Positions 9,211 to 17,809 of a stretch of 31,046 bases of DNA are shown in pieces (within the stretch, counting starts at the first letter, position 1; each line of letters starts with the position of its first letter). The notes beneath the pieces were generated by a model that saw only the letters and a program-made list of their open reading frames with translations, made no database searches and was not told where the DNA came from. The position numbers and the translations under genes were made by a program. This DNA comes from Selenomonadaceae bacterium (lineage in GTDB: Bacteria; Bacillota; Negativicutes; Selenomonadales; Selenomonadaceae), in the NCBI GenBank assembly GCA_017529085.1, contig JAFXOC010000586.1, forward strand, positions 1 through 31,046, written 5' to 3'.

Positions 9211-9437
9211 AAAAGACCCTCCTCTAAGAGAAGGGTCACAGAGTGTAGACTTATTATTATTTATTCACGGAACTCTCCCCCCCCTACCCCCCCCTCTAGG
9301 AGGGGGCTTGGTTAGAGACAATTCAATATTTTGGCTCAAAAGCAGTAATCCGAGTGCCTCCCTCCTGGATGGAGGTGCCCGAAGGGTGGAAGGAGAGCCA
9401 TGAAGAGCACAATATTTATTGATTTGTCTACACTCTG
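9211..9437 (+). mobile_element. Repeat family B composite, MITE-like with 12-bp terminal inverted repeats
   Basis: cagagtgtagac (9239-9250) and gtctacactctg (9426-9437) are perfect inverted repeats enclosing cccctctaggagggg and gcctccc...ggaaggagagcc palindromes; an extra hairpin lies at 9211-9237. Confidence 0.7.
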
Positions 9438-9470
9438 AACCTTGAGGAATTAACCTCAAGGTTGTTCTTT
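9438..9470. terminator. Hairpin between convergent genes, possible terminator
   Basis: aaccttgagg / cctcaaggtt perfect 10-bp stem; T-rich tail on the + strand only. Confidence 0.5.
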
Positions 9471-9472
9471 TG

Positions 9473-12154
9473 TTAGCTCTTAGCCGTCAAGCCTGACCCG
9501 TTCCAGTTATAAGTCACATCGTCAAATTGCACCGTAATGGTGTTGCTGGAGGTTATGTCTTCCGCCGCGGATAATTTTACGGTTGCGCCGTTTGTAAAAG
9601 TTGCGGTAAATTCTTTCGACGTTCCCGTGAACGAAGCAATATCCGTGGTTTTCGTGTCTATGAATACCACTTTATCGCCTGCCGTGGCGTTTTGCAACAC
9701 ATCGTTGCCCATTTTATGACCTACGTAGTAAACGGTGTTTCCGTTGCCCGAGCCTACGATGGTATCGTTGGTTCCGTTGCTGAAACCTTCGTCAAGTCCG
9801 CCGCCGCCCCATACTTCGTCAAAATCCTTGCTTTTAGAGACTATAATAGTCTGGTCGAGATCGTTTGAACCAAGCACCGCGCCAACGTGACCCGCGCTTG
9901 CGTCAATCGTGCCCAAACCTTCCGAAATATACGGCGTTGCCCAGCCTAAGCCCTTTTGATTTCCTGCGACGCCGCTTTCTATAGAATCTGCAGAAGTGAA
10001 TATAAGACTTGTGCTTTTGCCTTGACCGATATGGAAATTCGCTTCCTTGACGAATTTCATATATTTGCCGCTGTCGCTCATGTCAACGCTTACAATACCG
10101 ATATTGCCGCCATAGTCGTAGATAAATTCGTTTTGAGCCTCTGTTCCCTCCAAGGTCAGACTTCCTTCGGACTCGGAGCCTATCATGACTTTGCCGCTTT
10201 CGGGCGTAATAAGCTTAAATGTGCTGTACGAAGTATCAACCGCTACGACATCGCTTCTACCCTTTTCGGCGCCGAAATCAAAATTTTGCGCGACATTATC
10301 GCCGCCGCCTTTATGAAGCGCAAAAGTGGTGTTCCTATACTTACCCGCAGAAACCAACGTATCGTTTAAGCCTGCATTGGTGCCGCCGTCCAATGTATCC
10401 CTGCCGCCGACAGCCGTAATTGTTTGCGGCGTCCAACCGGTCGCGGCTATGAGGCTGCCTTTGTTTTCGCCCACCTGTACCAAACCGCTTGAGGTTATTT
10501 GGTAGCATCTTGTATCTGCGGTATTGCCCTTTGCAGCGAGGTTTATGTAGTAATTGTTGGTGTTATAAGTGGAACTAATGCCGATACTCGGGAAATAAAT
10601 ACGGTCATCGTATACAAGCTCTGATGAGGAAACTTTAAATTTCGCAAGTTCATCGGCATCGAAACTTGAAACCACAAAAACGTCCGTATTGTTTTCAAGC
10701 GCGGAAGGCGCGCCGCTTCCCGTTTGAAATCCGAAATCCCAAATTCTTACGCTGCCTTCGGTATAGCCCGTAAAATCGAAAACATCGTTTCCGCTGCCGC
10801 CTGTAACGGAGGTCTCTTTTGTGCTTGTAGTGTTGTCAAGCTTAATATAATCGGCGTAAGCGGAGCCAACTACGGAAGCGCAACTGTTTCCCTGTACTTC
10901 GCCCACTATGTTAAGCGGCGCGTTATTAGCGTTTAGGTTTAACATAGTTTGATAAGAATTATACGCTTTTGCCCTAAAAGAGCTGCTTTCCTTTACAACA
11001 AGCATATCGTAACTGTCGGTAGTGTCAATAAATTTAAACGTTGCGTCGTCTTTAAGACTACCGATTTTAATATCGTCCGCAAAGGAACCGGAATCGTATA
11101 AAACTATCCCCGCGCCGTTGACGGTTGAAGTCGTTTCAAGTACCTTGCCGTCCTTGTCCAAGCTTAAATCTATTCTGTCTATGTCTATATATCTGCCGGT
11201 ACCGCCTTTAAACTTTACGTTTCCGCCTATACCCGCGGCTTTTATGGACTCATCGTTATTGTAAACGCCTAAATTTCCGCTTGAATAGCTTGCGGTAAAA
11301 GCGTACCAACTCGTCCGCGTCCCCGAAGAAAGTCGAACATAATCGCCGTTCTCGGATTCAACGGTAAGGTTTCCGCCGGTTATTCCGTCTTCTAAGCGCA
11401 ACTGGGTAGAAGTGCCGTCGTTTAACTTTATATTCCCACTGCCGCCTGACATCTCATCAATCTCAATGGTATTGCCTGTGCCGGATACAACGAAAGCGTC
11501 AAGCGAACCGCCCGATACGCTGTCGATTGAAAGTGTCAAATTAGAGCCTATGGAATTTTGAACGTAAAGTTTGCCGTCCGCCAAAAGATCAACTTCCGTA
11601 TCTGAACCGCTAGTGCCGACCACGCTTGCAACGCCGCCTGAAATGGTATTGATTGTACTGTGGGCGTTTTTACCCGATATTATAAGCGAAGCGTCGGAAA
11701 CTTCGCCGACCTTGTAATAATTGGAACTGTCGCGGTTACTTCCAAGCTCAACAGCTCCTTTTACGCTTGAAAGAGAAATAGCTACGTCTGCCCCTGTGTA
11801 AACCGTGCCTATACCGCTTGCGCCGGATAGTGTAAGACCATCGGAATTTCCCAAAATATCCACCGATCTTAAATATGTACCGCTTAATGCCGCAACGTTC
11901 TTTTCGCCGTCGTCTAAGCCACCGCCGACAAAAGTCACGCTTTTCGCGCCTCGTAGAGTGCTTACGCTAACTGAGCCCGTACCGTCAAAATAAAGAGTAT
12001 CGTTGCTGCCTTGAGAAAAATCAAGATACGCGCTGCCATAGTTCGGAGCGGTTTTTACGCTGCCGTCCGCCGCGTTAGTATAAGTCAAATTTGTTCCATC
12101 GGATTCAAATAAAAATTTATCGTTACCTGTGCCACCCGTAATCGTAATCGCCAA
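9473..12154 (-). CDS. Large Gly/Ser/Thr/Asp-rich RTX-like protein without Sec signal, probable type I secretion substrate
   Basis: GGTGNDKF, GGSGNDVF, GRDTLDGG, GGGDNV and MGNDVL nonapeptide-like motifs. Start reassigned to TTG at 12154, 9 nt after a GGGAGG RBS (893 aa). Confidence 0.65.
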   Translation of the reverse strand: MAITITGGTGNDKFLFESDGTNLTYTNAADGSVKTAPNYGSAYLDFSQGSNDTLYFDGTGSVSVSTLRGAKSVTFVGGGLDDGEKNVAALSGTYLRSVDILGNSDGLTLSGASGIGTVYTGADVAISLSSVKGAVELGSNRDSSNYYKVGEVSDASLIISGKNAHSTINTISGGVASVVGTSGSDTEVDLLADGKLYVQNSIGSNLTLSIDSVSGGSLDAFVVSGTGNTIEIDEMSGGSGNIKLNDGTSTQLRLEDGITGGNLTVESENGDYVRLSSGTRTSWYAFTASYSSGNLGVYNNDESIKAAGIGGNVKFKGGTGRYIDIDRIDLSLDKDGKVLETTSTVNGAGIVLYDSGSFADDIKIGSLKDDATFKFIDTTDSYDMLVVKESSSFRAKAYNSYQTMLNLNANNAPLNIVGEVQGNSCASVVGSAYADYIKLDNTTSTKETSVTGGSGNDVFDFTGYTEGSVRIWDFGFQTGSGAPSALENNTDVFVVSSFDADELAKFKVSSSELVYDDRIYFPSIGISSTYNTNNYYINLAAKGNTADTRCYQITSSGLVQVGENKGSLIAATGWTPQTITAVGGRDTLDGGTNAGLNDTLVSAGKYRNTTFALHKGGGDNVAQNFDFGAEKGRSDVVAVDTSYSTFKLITPESGKVMIGSESEGSLTLEGTEAQNEFIYDYGGNIGIVSVDMSDSGKYMKFVKEANFHIGQGKSTSLIFTSADSIESGVAGNQKGLGWATPYISEGLGTIDASAGHVGAVLGSNDLDQTIIVSKSKDFDEVWGGGGLDEGFSNGTNDTIVGSGNGNTVYYVGHKMGNDVLQNATAGDKVVFIDTKTTDIASFTGTSKEFTATFTNGATVKLSAAEDITSSNTITVQFDDVTYNWNGSGLTAKS

Positions 12155-12197
12155 AAAAATCGACCTCCCGAAAACAAATAAAAATAATGACATACCT

Positions 12198-12227
12198 ATT
12201 TTAGAAGAAAAACAATTGGTATGTCAA
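12198..12227 (-). promoter_or_regulatory. SigA-type promoter of the RTX-like gene
   Basis: Minus strand TTGACA (12227-12222), 18 nt, TAAAAT (12203-12198). Confidence 0.65.
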
Positions 12228-12271
12228 GAATTTTTTGAAAATTTTTATAATTTTGTGACTTTTTGGGTTAC

Positions 12272-12495
12272 TATTCACGGACTCTCCCCCCTACCCCCCT
12301 CTAGGAGGGGGGCTTGGTCAGATGAAATATAAAATTTTGGCTCAAAAGTAATAATCAGAGTGCCTCCCTCTTAGAGGGAGGGGGACCGCGAAGCGGTGGA
12401 AGGAGAGCCGTGAAGAGCACAATATTGGTTTATTTGTCTACAGTCTGATCCCTCCTCTTAGAGGAGGGACAGACGCAAAGCGGCAGGGAGGAGTT
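12272..12495 (+). repeat. Repeat family B composite, copy upstream of the RTX-like gene
   Basis: Colinear with 9264-9437 (attcacgg-actctcccccc...tttgtctacagtctg) but lacks the left TIR; followed by a further ccctcctcttagaggaggg...gggaggagtt unit. Confidence 0.85.
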
Positions 12496-12537
12496 TTCGT
12501 TATCCCTCTCTGAGGTTCGTGTTAAACCAACGCACAA

Positions 12538-13857
12538 CTAAATACAACTTGGCGCGCTCCACGCTTTCTTTTCTATTATGCGCAAATCTTTTTTAGTACT
12601 AAAAGAGCCAATCATCAATTCGGCTAATTTCTTTACGCCCGTATATCCCCATAATCCGCCGCCTTCCACAAAGTTTACGAAATACGGGGTGTTTAGAAAA
12701 TACGCCGCCTTTTGCCCCAAGGAGAGAATTTTTTTGTTTTCCGTATCTGCGAAAAGCCGAATATCCGCGTGTTTCACCGATGCTAAGCGCATGTTTTCCC
12801 TATTTGATTTAAGCCAAAGAAAATCTTCTTTATCCTCCGGAGCTACCATATCTGAAAAAATATACGCGATGTTAAACCCATACGTTTTCGCAAGGGTTTT
12901 AGCGAGGTGAAACGGTCTGTGGGTGAATGTGAGGTCGATTGCAATAGGCGTAGCGCCTATTTTTTGCTTTGCGTTTATCATGGTTTCATAAGCGGTTTTT
13001 CTTTCAGATGAGAAATCCGGAATTGTTATATTTAACAAACGCGCAACGGTTTGTAATTGAGCTTCGATTTCATCTAGATCATAAGCTATCGGAATATAGC
13101 AAAAATCTTGATGGAGCCGCTCTTTTAACTCTTTTGCCGCAACATGAAAAAACGGATGTTGATAGATATTGACGCTAGACGCAGCCATATCTAAAAATTC
13201 GTTGTAAGCCTTCAAACCGGGAAATTCTAAGATTTTGTAACCTGCGTTTTTAATTAACCTTATAATTTCGCTATTTTCGTCAATGGCAAGGTTGCCGCCG
13301 GCTATATTTATTTGACGCTTTTTCTGCGCCGGTCGAAGCAGACGAAAAATTTCCCGCCGTTCTCTCTCTTCCGGGGTAAGGCTCTTTGTCTGCCTGATAG
13401 GATCCATGACGCATTCTGCAAAATCAACGTTTGGGAAGCGTTCGCGAAGTCTTTTGTAAACGTATCTAAGATTTGTCCCCAAAAAATGATGAACGCAAGC
13501 GGTAAACACCAATACCGCCCGCGGCAGTTTCGGCAATTCGTTTAAAATATGGGTTATACCTTCTATTATAAAACTTTCGTGATCTCTTGCAGTCAAATCC
13601 GCTTCTCTAACCTCAAGGGTTGAAAACCTATCCATAGCGCCCATTTCCGCCGCCGTCAATATAACGCCCCTCAAACAAGCCGCCGCGCATATATAAATTT
13701 GATGGCTTTCAGGCAAAAGCATCCCCGTATGCACTATGTTCCACGTACCGCGAGCAGGCGGCGAAAATTCCGGAGCGTGATTAAACGGAGCGGGGAAATT
13801 CGCGTCTTTTATGGAGATGACAGCTCTTTTAGGTGTTAAGTTTATTTGTTTTAACAA
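12538..13857 (-). CDS. Nitrogenase component 1-like oxidoreductase subunit (NifD/BchN-like position)
   Basis: HQIYICAAACLRGV and VFTACVHHFLG Cys motifs, QINIAG and IAIDLTF. Start reassigned to TTG at 13857, 6 nt after GGAGG. Confidence 0.78.
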   Translation of the reverse strand: MLKQINLTPKRAVISIKDANFPAPFNHAPEFSPPARGTWNIVHTGMLLPESHQIYICAAACLRGVILTAAEMGAMDRFSTLEVREADLTARDHESFIIEGITHILNELPKLPRAVLVFTACVHHFLGTNLRYVYKRLRERFPNVDFAECVMDPIRQTKSLTPEERERREIFRLLRPAQKKRQINIAGGNLAIDENSEIIRLIKNAGYKILEFPGLKAYNEFLDMAASSVNIYQHPFFHVAAKELKERLHQDFCYIPIAYDLDEIEAQLQTVARLLNITIPDFSSERKTAYETMINAKQKIGATPIAIDLTFTHRPFHLAKTLAKTYGFNIAYIFSDMVAPEDKEDFLWLKSNRENMRLASVKHADIRLFADTENKKILSLGQKAAYFLNTPYFVNFVEGGGLWGYTGVKKLAELMIGSFSTKKDLRIIEKKAWSAPSCI

Positions 13858-13885
13858 GACGAGCCTCCGATATTTCCTGCTAATG

Positions 13886-14944
13886 TTAATTTTCACGAAT
13901 AAACGTCAAAAGAGTTTCATTGCGTTTAACATTTAATTTACCGTCATTATTAAAAATATTAGAATTCATATACCTTTTTATTTGTACATTGCCTGTTGAA
14001 GCAAATTTCTTCCAATTATCTAATATTATCACTTCGTCTATTAAATGCCAGCGCGATAAAATATCTCGATATTTTTCCGGCTTACTATCAATCGCGTGAA
14101 GTGAACACAAGAACGTAAATTCATCGTAAAATGTGTCATTGGAAATATCGTTGATGATGTTCAATATTTCAGTCATTGTTTCTTTTTCGCCTGATAAGAA
14201 CGACCATAATTCGTCAGATAACAAGATTTCATCCGGATCGCAAAATTTTGAGAACTCAATCATGTTATCCATAAAAGTTTTCTTACAATAGCCGGTATCT
14301 TTTTGCGCCGTAGGGTCAAAAGGGAAACCAAAATAATAATAGATTTTTTTGTTCTGACACGCAGGTATCTTTTTGTAATATCGCCTTAAAGCTGCCTTGG
14401 CTTTTAAAATCTTCTGTTTTTCGTCATGGGTTTGACCTGAATTTGGTCGTACTGATTTTAACTCAATCGCGACAATTTTTTCATCGTCTTCAAAAAAGCA
14501 ATCCGCCGTAAAATTAGCGCATGCAACTAATTCGCCTTCGGCAGCTTCCGCCAGCATTTTATCCTCATTCTTAACGTTCGGACAAATTTCACCATTCTTT
14601 AATTTTGTCATATGTTCAGCGATAACTTCTTCCTGCTTTTTGTAAATTTTAAATTCATTACCACGAAACTTTCGTTTTTCCCCATAACACAAGGCTTGAG
14701 CAATCTTTTCAAAAAAGGTTTGACCAAGTGCCGTATTAAAACCGTGAAGCCAAGAGCTAATATTTACCAATTTATCTGTGTCGGTATTAATACCAGAAAA
14801 TCGCGTCTTAAAAGCTCGCAAAAAAGCTTTATGAAACGGCGCATTCCTTGCGTTCATGTCAACATCTTGGAATGAGTCAAAACGCGATTTCAATATTTTT
14901 ATGGTTTCTAACGCAATACTTTGCTTAATTTTATCATTCATCAA
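13886..14944 (-). CDS. Type II restriction endonuclease, TdeIII/MjaII-like
   Basis: NAPFHKAFL, WLHGFNTALGQTFFEKIA and ADC...IELKSVRPN (PD-(D/E)xK core); coupled to the methyltransferase. Confidence 0.75.
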   Translation of the reverse strand: MMNDKIKQSIALETIKILKSRFDSFQDVDMNARNAPFHKAFLRAFKTRFSGINTDTDKLVNISSWLHGFNTALGQTFFEKIAQALCYGEKRKFRGNEFKIYKKQEEVIAEHMTKLKNGEICPNVKNEDKMLAEAAEGELVACANFTADCFFEDDEKIVAIELKSVRPNSGQTHDEKQKILKAKAALRRYYKKIPACQNKKIYYYFGFPFDPTAQKDTGYCKKTFMDNMIEFSKFCDPDEILLSDELWSFLSGEKETMTEILNIINDISNDTFYDEFTFLCSLHAIDSKPEKYRDILSRWHLIDEVIILDNWKKFASTGNVQIKRYMNSNIFNNDGKLNVKRNETLLTFIREN

Positions 14945-16530
14945 ACTTTCTCCTTCATGCGGAAAATTGTTTCTGAATAAGCGTCTTTATTTTTTTCCGT
15001 ACGGTTAAGCACTGGTCGTCTAAAACGCTCCGTTATCTCCATGCCGGCTTTTTCCGCTATAATCGGATATATATTGTGCTTATCGTTAGCTACGATAAAA
15101 ATGTCATAATTTGGCACTAAAAACTTTTTGCAATTAACTAAAACATTTGCTATATCGTCAATGTAGCGTTGTACGGCTAATCGTCCATAGCCTTTAGACA
15201 TAGAGCCAATTTCAAGTTCATCTTTACGCTCAAAACCAAATAATTCGTAAGCGTAGGCGTGTTGCTCATGATAATCTATCAAACCAACGTAAGGAGGGCT
15301 TGAAAATATTCCCCTTATCTTATTGTTTTTGTAATTTTTAGCTATATCCCCTCCTATTTCCTCAATCGCCTGTTCTATGTCAATGCGCGCAGAATCTCCA
15401 ACAAAACAATATTGACTCGTATTAGTACGAATAGCGGCGAATTGTTTTATTCGTTTAATAGTATCTTGACTATAAGTTTTCCACCATTTTAATATGCTAA
15501 ATAGCGGCTTACAAACCTTTTTATGTTTTGTACAATAGTACGTAGTATAAACCGGTTTTAACAGCGTCGCTAAATCAGAATGTGTCGTGGCGCGGCACGA
15601 TCTTATGGTTCTCGATAATATAACTTGCAAAAGTTGTTTTATAGTCGTATCATCAACATTATCTATCAGCGATTTTATATAATATATCTCTTTACGAGCT
15701 GTTTCAAAATACCATTTATCGATAAAATTTGCGTCAAGCGATATATTATAATTAATATTATACTTGGATGCTAATCCGTAAAATGTAGGTAAAAAGAGAG
15801 GCGCTTTTTCTGCAGCGTATGCCTTTTCATCTACTCGCTTTTGATAGATAGCTTTTTTAAACTCTGGCGATGGAAAATATTTACTATTGAAAAGATAAAG
15901 TTGCTGTAACAATTCTTCTTCAAACGGCTTAACGTTAAGAGTTGATTCAAATTTTTCCAATGCGGTTGTTATACCTAATATATATTTGCTAACGCTAGCA
16001 ATATCATAACTTTGTACCTTACAATTAGCGATTTGAGCATTAAAGGCAGATACATCGACTCCTATCGCACACATGCCAAGTTCGTTTGCTTCTACCAAGG
16101 TGGTACCGCTACCACAAAATGGATCTAAAATTATATCGCCTTTAGCAAAATATACTTCTTTTTTAAAATCGTCCACATGGTCATCAAGAAAATACTCTAC
16201 TAGCTGCGGAATATACTTTCCTTTATATGGATGAAGACGATGAACGTGTTTGGTGGTTTGAGCTTCTTTGTAATTATCAAAAGATAACGCCCAATTCACA
16301 TCGTTACCTAACTTTGACTTCCATTCTATTTCTCGCCTTCCTAAAAAAGAATCATAATACTTGGTAAGTTGGTCACGATAAATATGTAAACTTCCGTTAA
16401 GCGTTACGCCGTCTATTCTACCGTATTGAATTAGATAATTAATATTTGACGCAGTTACGTCCTTTCCAATAAGCGACGACGCAAATTTACCAGCTTCTTC
16501 AAGCGTTAGGGTAGCTCCTTTATTATTCAT
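14941..16530 (-). CDS. DNA methyltransferase, probably N4-cytosine, alpha-type motif order, with N-terminal HTH-like segment
   Basis: HRLHPYKGKYIPQ, DPFCGSGTT (motif I) preceding SSPPY (motif IV). Confidence 0.88.
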   Translation of the reverse strand: MNNKGATLTLEEAGKFASSLIGKDVTASNINYLIQYGRIDGVTLNGSLHIYRDQLTKYYDSFLGRREIEWKSKLGNDVNWALSFDNYKEAQTTKHVHRLHPYKGKYIPQLVEYFLDDHVDDFKKEVYFAKGDIILDPFCGSGTTLVEANELGMCAIGVDVSAFNAQIANCKVQSYDIASVSKYILGITTALEKFESTLNVKPFEEELLQQLYLFNSKYFPSPEFKKAIYQKRVDEKAYAAEKAPLFLPTFYGLASKYNINYNISLDANFIDKWYFETARKEIYYIKSLIDNVDDTTIKQLLQVILSRTIRSCRATTHSDLATLLKPVYTTYYCTKHKKVCKPLFSILKWWKTYSQDTIKRIKQFAAIRTNTSQYCFVGDSARIDIEQAIEEIGGDIAKNYKNNKIRGIFSSPPYVGLIDYHEQHAYAYELFGFERKDELEIGSMSKGYGRLAVQRYIDDIANVLVNCKKFLVPNYDIFIVANDKHNIYPIIAEKAGMEITERFRRPVLNRTEKNKDAYSETIFRMKEKV

Positions 16531-16548
16531 ATTAACCTCACATTATCT

Positions 16549-17556
16549 TCAACAAATTCTCGGCAAGAGTTCGCCGCCCGGCGCAGGCAAAAAGGTTTCC
16601 GCGCCGATTTCGGTTTTTACCGTTACCTTGGCTTTCGGCTCATTCGTGATTTCGCCGATAACGGCGGCGGCTTCCCCGTAAGGCGAATTTTTTATCGCTT
16701 GCAATACTTTTTCCGCATCGTTATTGTCAACGATTATAACAAATCTTCCCTCAGAAGCAAGATACAACGGCTCTAACCCGAGCATTCCCGTAAGTCCTTT
16801 GATTTCGTCCCGTACCGGGATTTTATTTCTATAGAGTCTTACGCCAATATTGCTGTCTTCTGCGATTTCGTAGAGCACGGTGCCGACTCCGCCCCTTGTC
16901 GCGTCCCTGATAACGTGAACATTGGAGGAAGTTTTAAGGACATTTTTTGAAATTTCCCAAAGCGGCGCGCAATCGCTTGTGATTTTTGCGTCTATGCCGA
17001 AACTGTCCCTTGCGAGAAGTATCGTCGCGCCATGCCGCCCAATATCGCCCGTAACGATTACAACGTCCCCGGCTTTGGCAAATTTGCCGCTTAAATTTGC
17101 GTTTGAAAGTACCTCGCCTATGCCGGAAGTTGTGATAAAAACGCCGTCAACCTGACCGCGTCCCGCAACTTTGGTATCGCCTACAACAATTTTTACCCCG
17201 ACTTCATTAGCGGTTTCCTTCATGGAATTTGCAATTTTTCTTAAAGCTTCCGTAGGAAAGCCTTCTTCGATAACAAAAGCGCAGGAAATATACAGCGGTT
17301 TTGCGCCCATGGCGGCAAGATCGTTCACCGTACCGCAAACGGAAAGTTTGCCGATATTTCCACCGGAAAACAGCCAAGGCGACACGATAAATCCATCTGT
17401 GGTAAACGCCATTTTTCCTTTGACAGTCGGTAAAATCGCCGCGTCGTCCGCCGTTAAAAACTCGTTTTTGAAAGCGTCGAAAAAAATCTCCCGTATAAGC
17501 TCGCTCGTATCTTTTCCGCCCGCTCCGTGCGCCAACGTTATTATATTTTTCATCAT
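16549..17556 (-). CDS. hypE: Hydrogenase maturation carbamoyl dehydratase HypE
   Basis: ITLAHGAGG, FTTDGF, CGTVNDLA, GDTKV, RDATRGG, ASEG and C-terminal LPRIC. Confidence 0.95.
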   Translation of the reverse strand: MMKNIITLAHGAGGKDTSELIREIFFDAFKNEFLTADDAAILPTVKGKMAFTTDGFIVSPWLFSGGNIGKLSVCGTVNDLAAMGAKPLYISCAFVIEEGFPTEALRKIANSMKETANEVGVKIVVGDTKVAGRGQVDGVFITTSGIGEVLSNANLSGKFAKAGDVVIVTGDIGRHGATILLARDSFGIDAKITSDCAPLWEISKNVLKTSSNVHVIRDATRGGVGTVLYEIAEDSNIGVRLYRNKIPVRDEIKGLTGMLGLEPLYLASEGRFVIIVDNNDAEKVLQAIKNSPYGEAAAVIGEITNEPKAKVTVKTEIGAETFLPAPGGELLPRIC

Positions 17557-17599
17557 TATCCTCCTGTTCTATTATAGGGCATCTCTAAAAACTTATTTT

Positions 17600-17727
17600 T
17601 GATGACTCCCCGCCCCGAAGGGGCGGGGAGTCATCAGTGGAATTATGTAGTTTTTAGAGGTTCCCTATAGTGAACGCAAAAAATATTTTTACTTGAGTTT
17701 GCTTCCCCGCCCTTCGGGCGGGGAGGC
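17600..17727. repeat. Repeat family C: pair of oppositely oriented GC-rich GAA-loop hairpins
   Basis: Perfect 17-bp stem tgatgactccccgcccc-GAA-ggggcggggagtcatca (17600-17636) and gcttccccgccc-TTC-gggcggggaggc (17701-17727). Confidence 0.75.
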
Positions 17728-17809
17728 AAAATACAAAATTTATTGTCGTTGATTGTAATGTTCGCGATACCCCATTCTTGAAAGAGGAGGTATCCGAAGT
17801 CGTAAAAGT

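Noticed and set aside
6936-13857. Nitrogen fixation capability
   Set aside because: No nifH/B/E/N genes, and the Cys/His ligand sets of true NifD/NifK are not seen.
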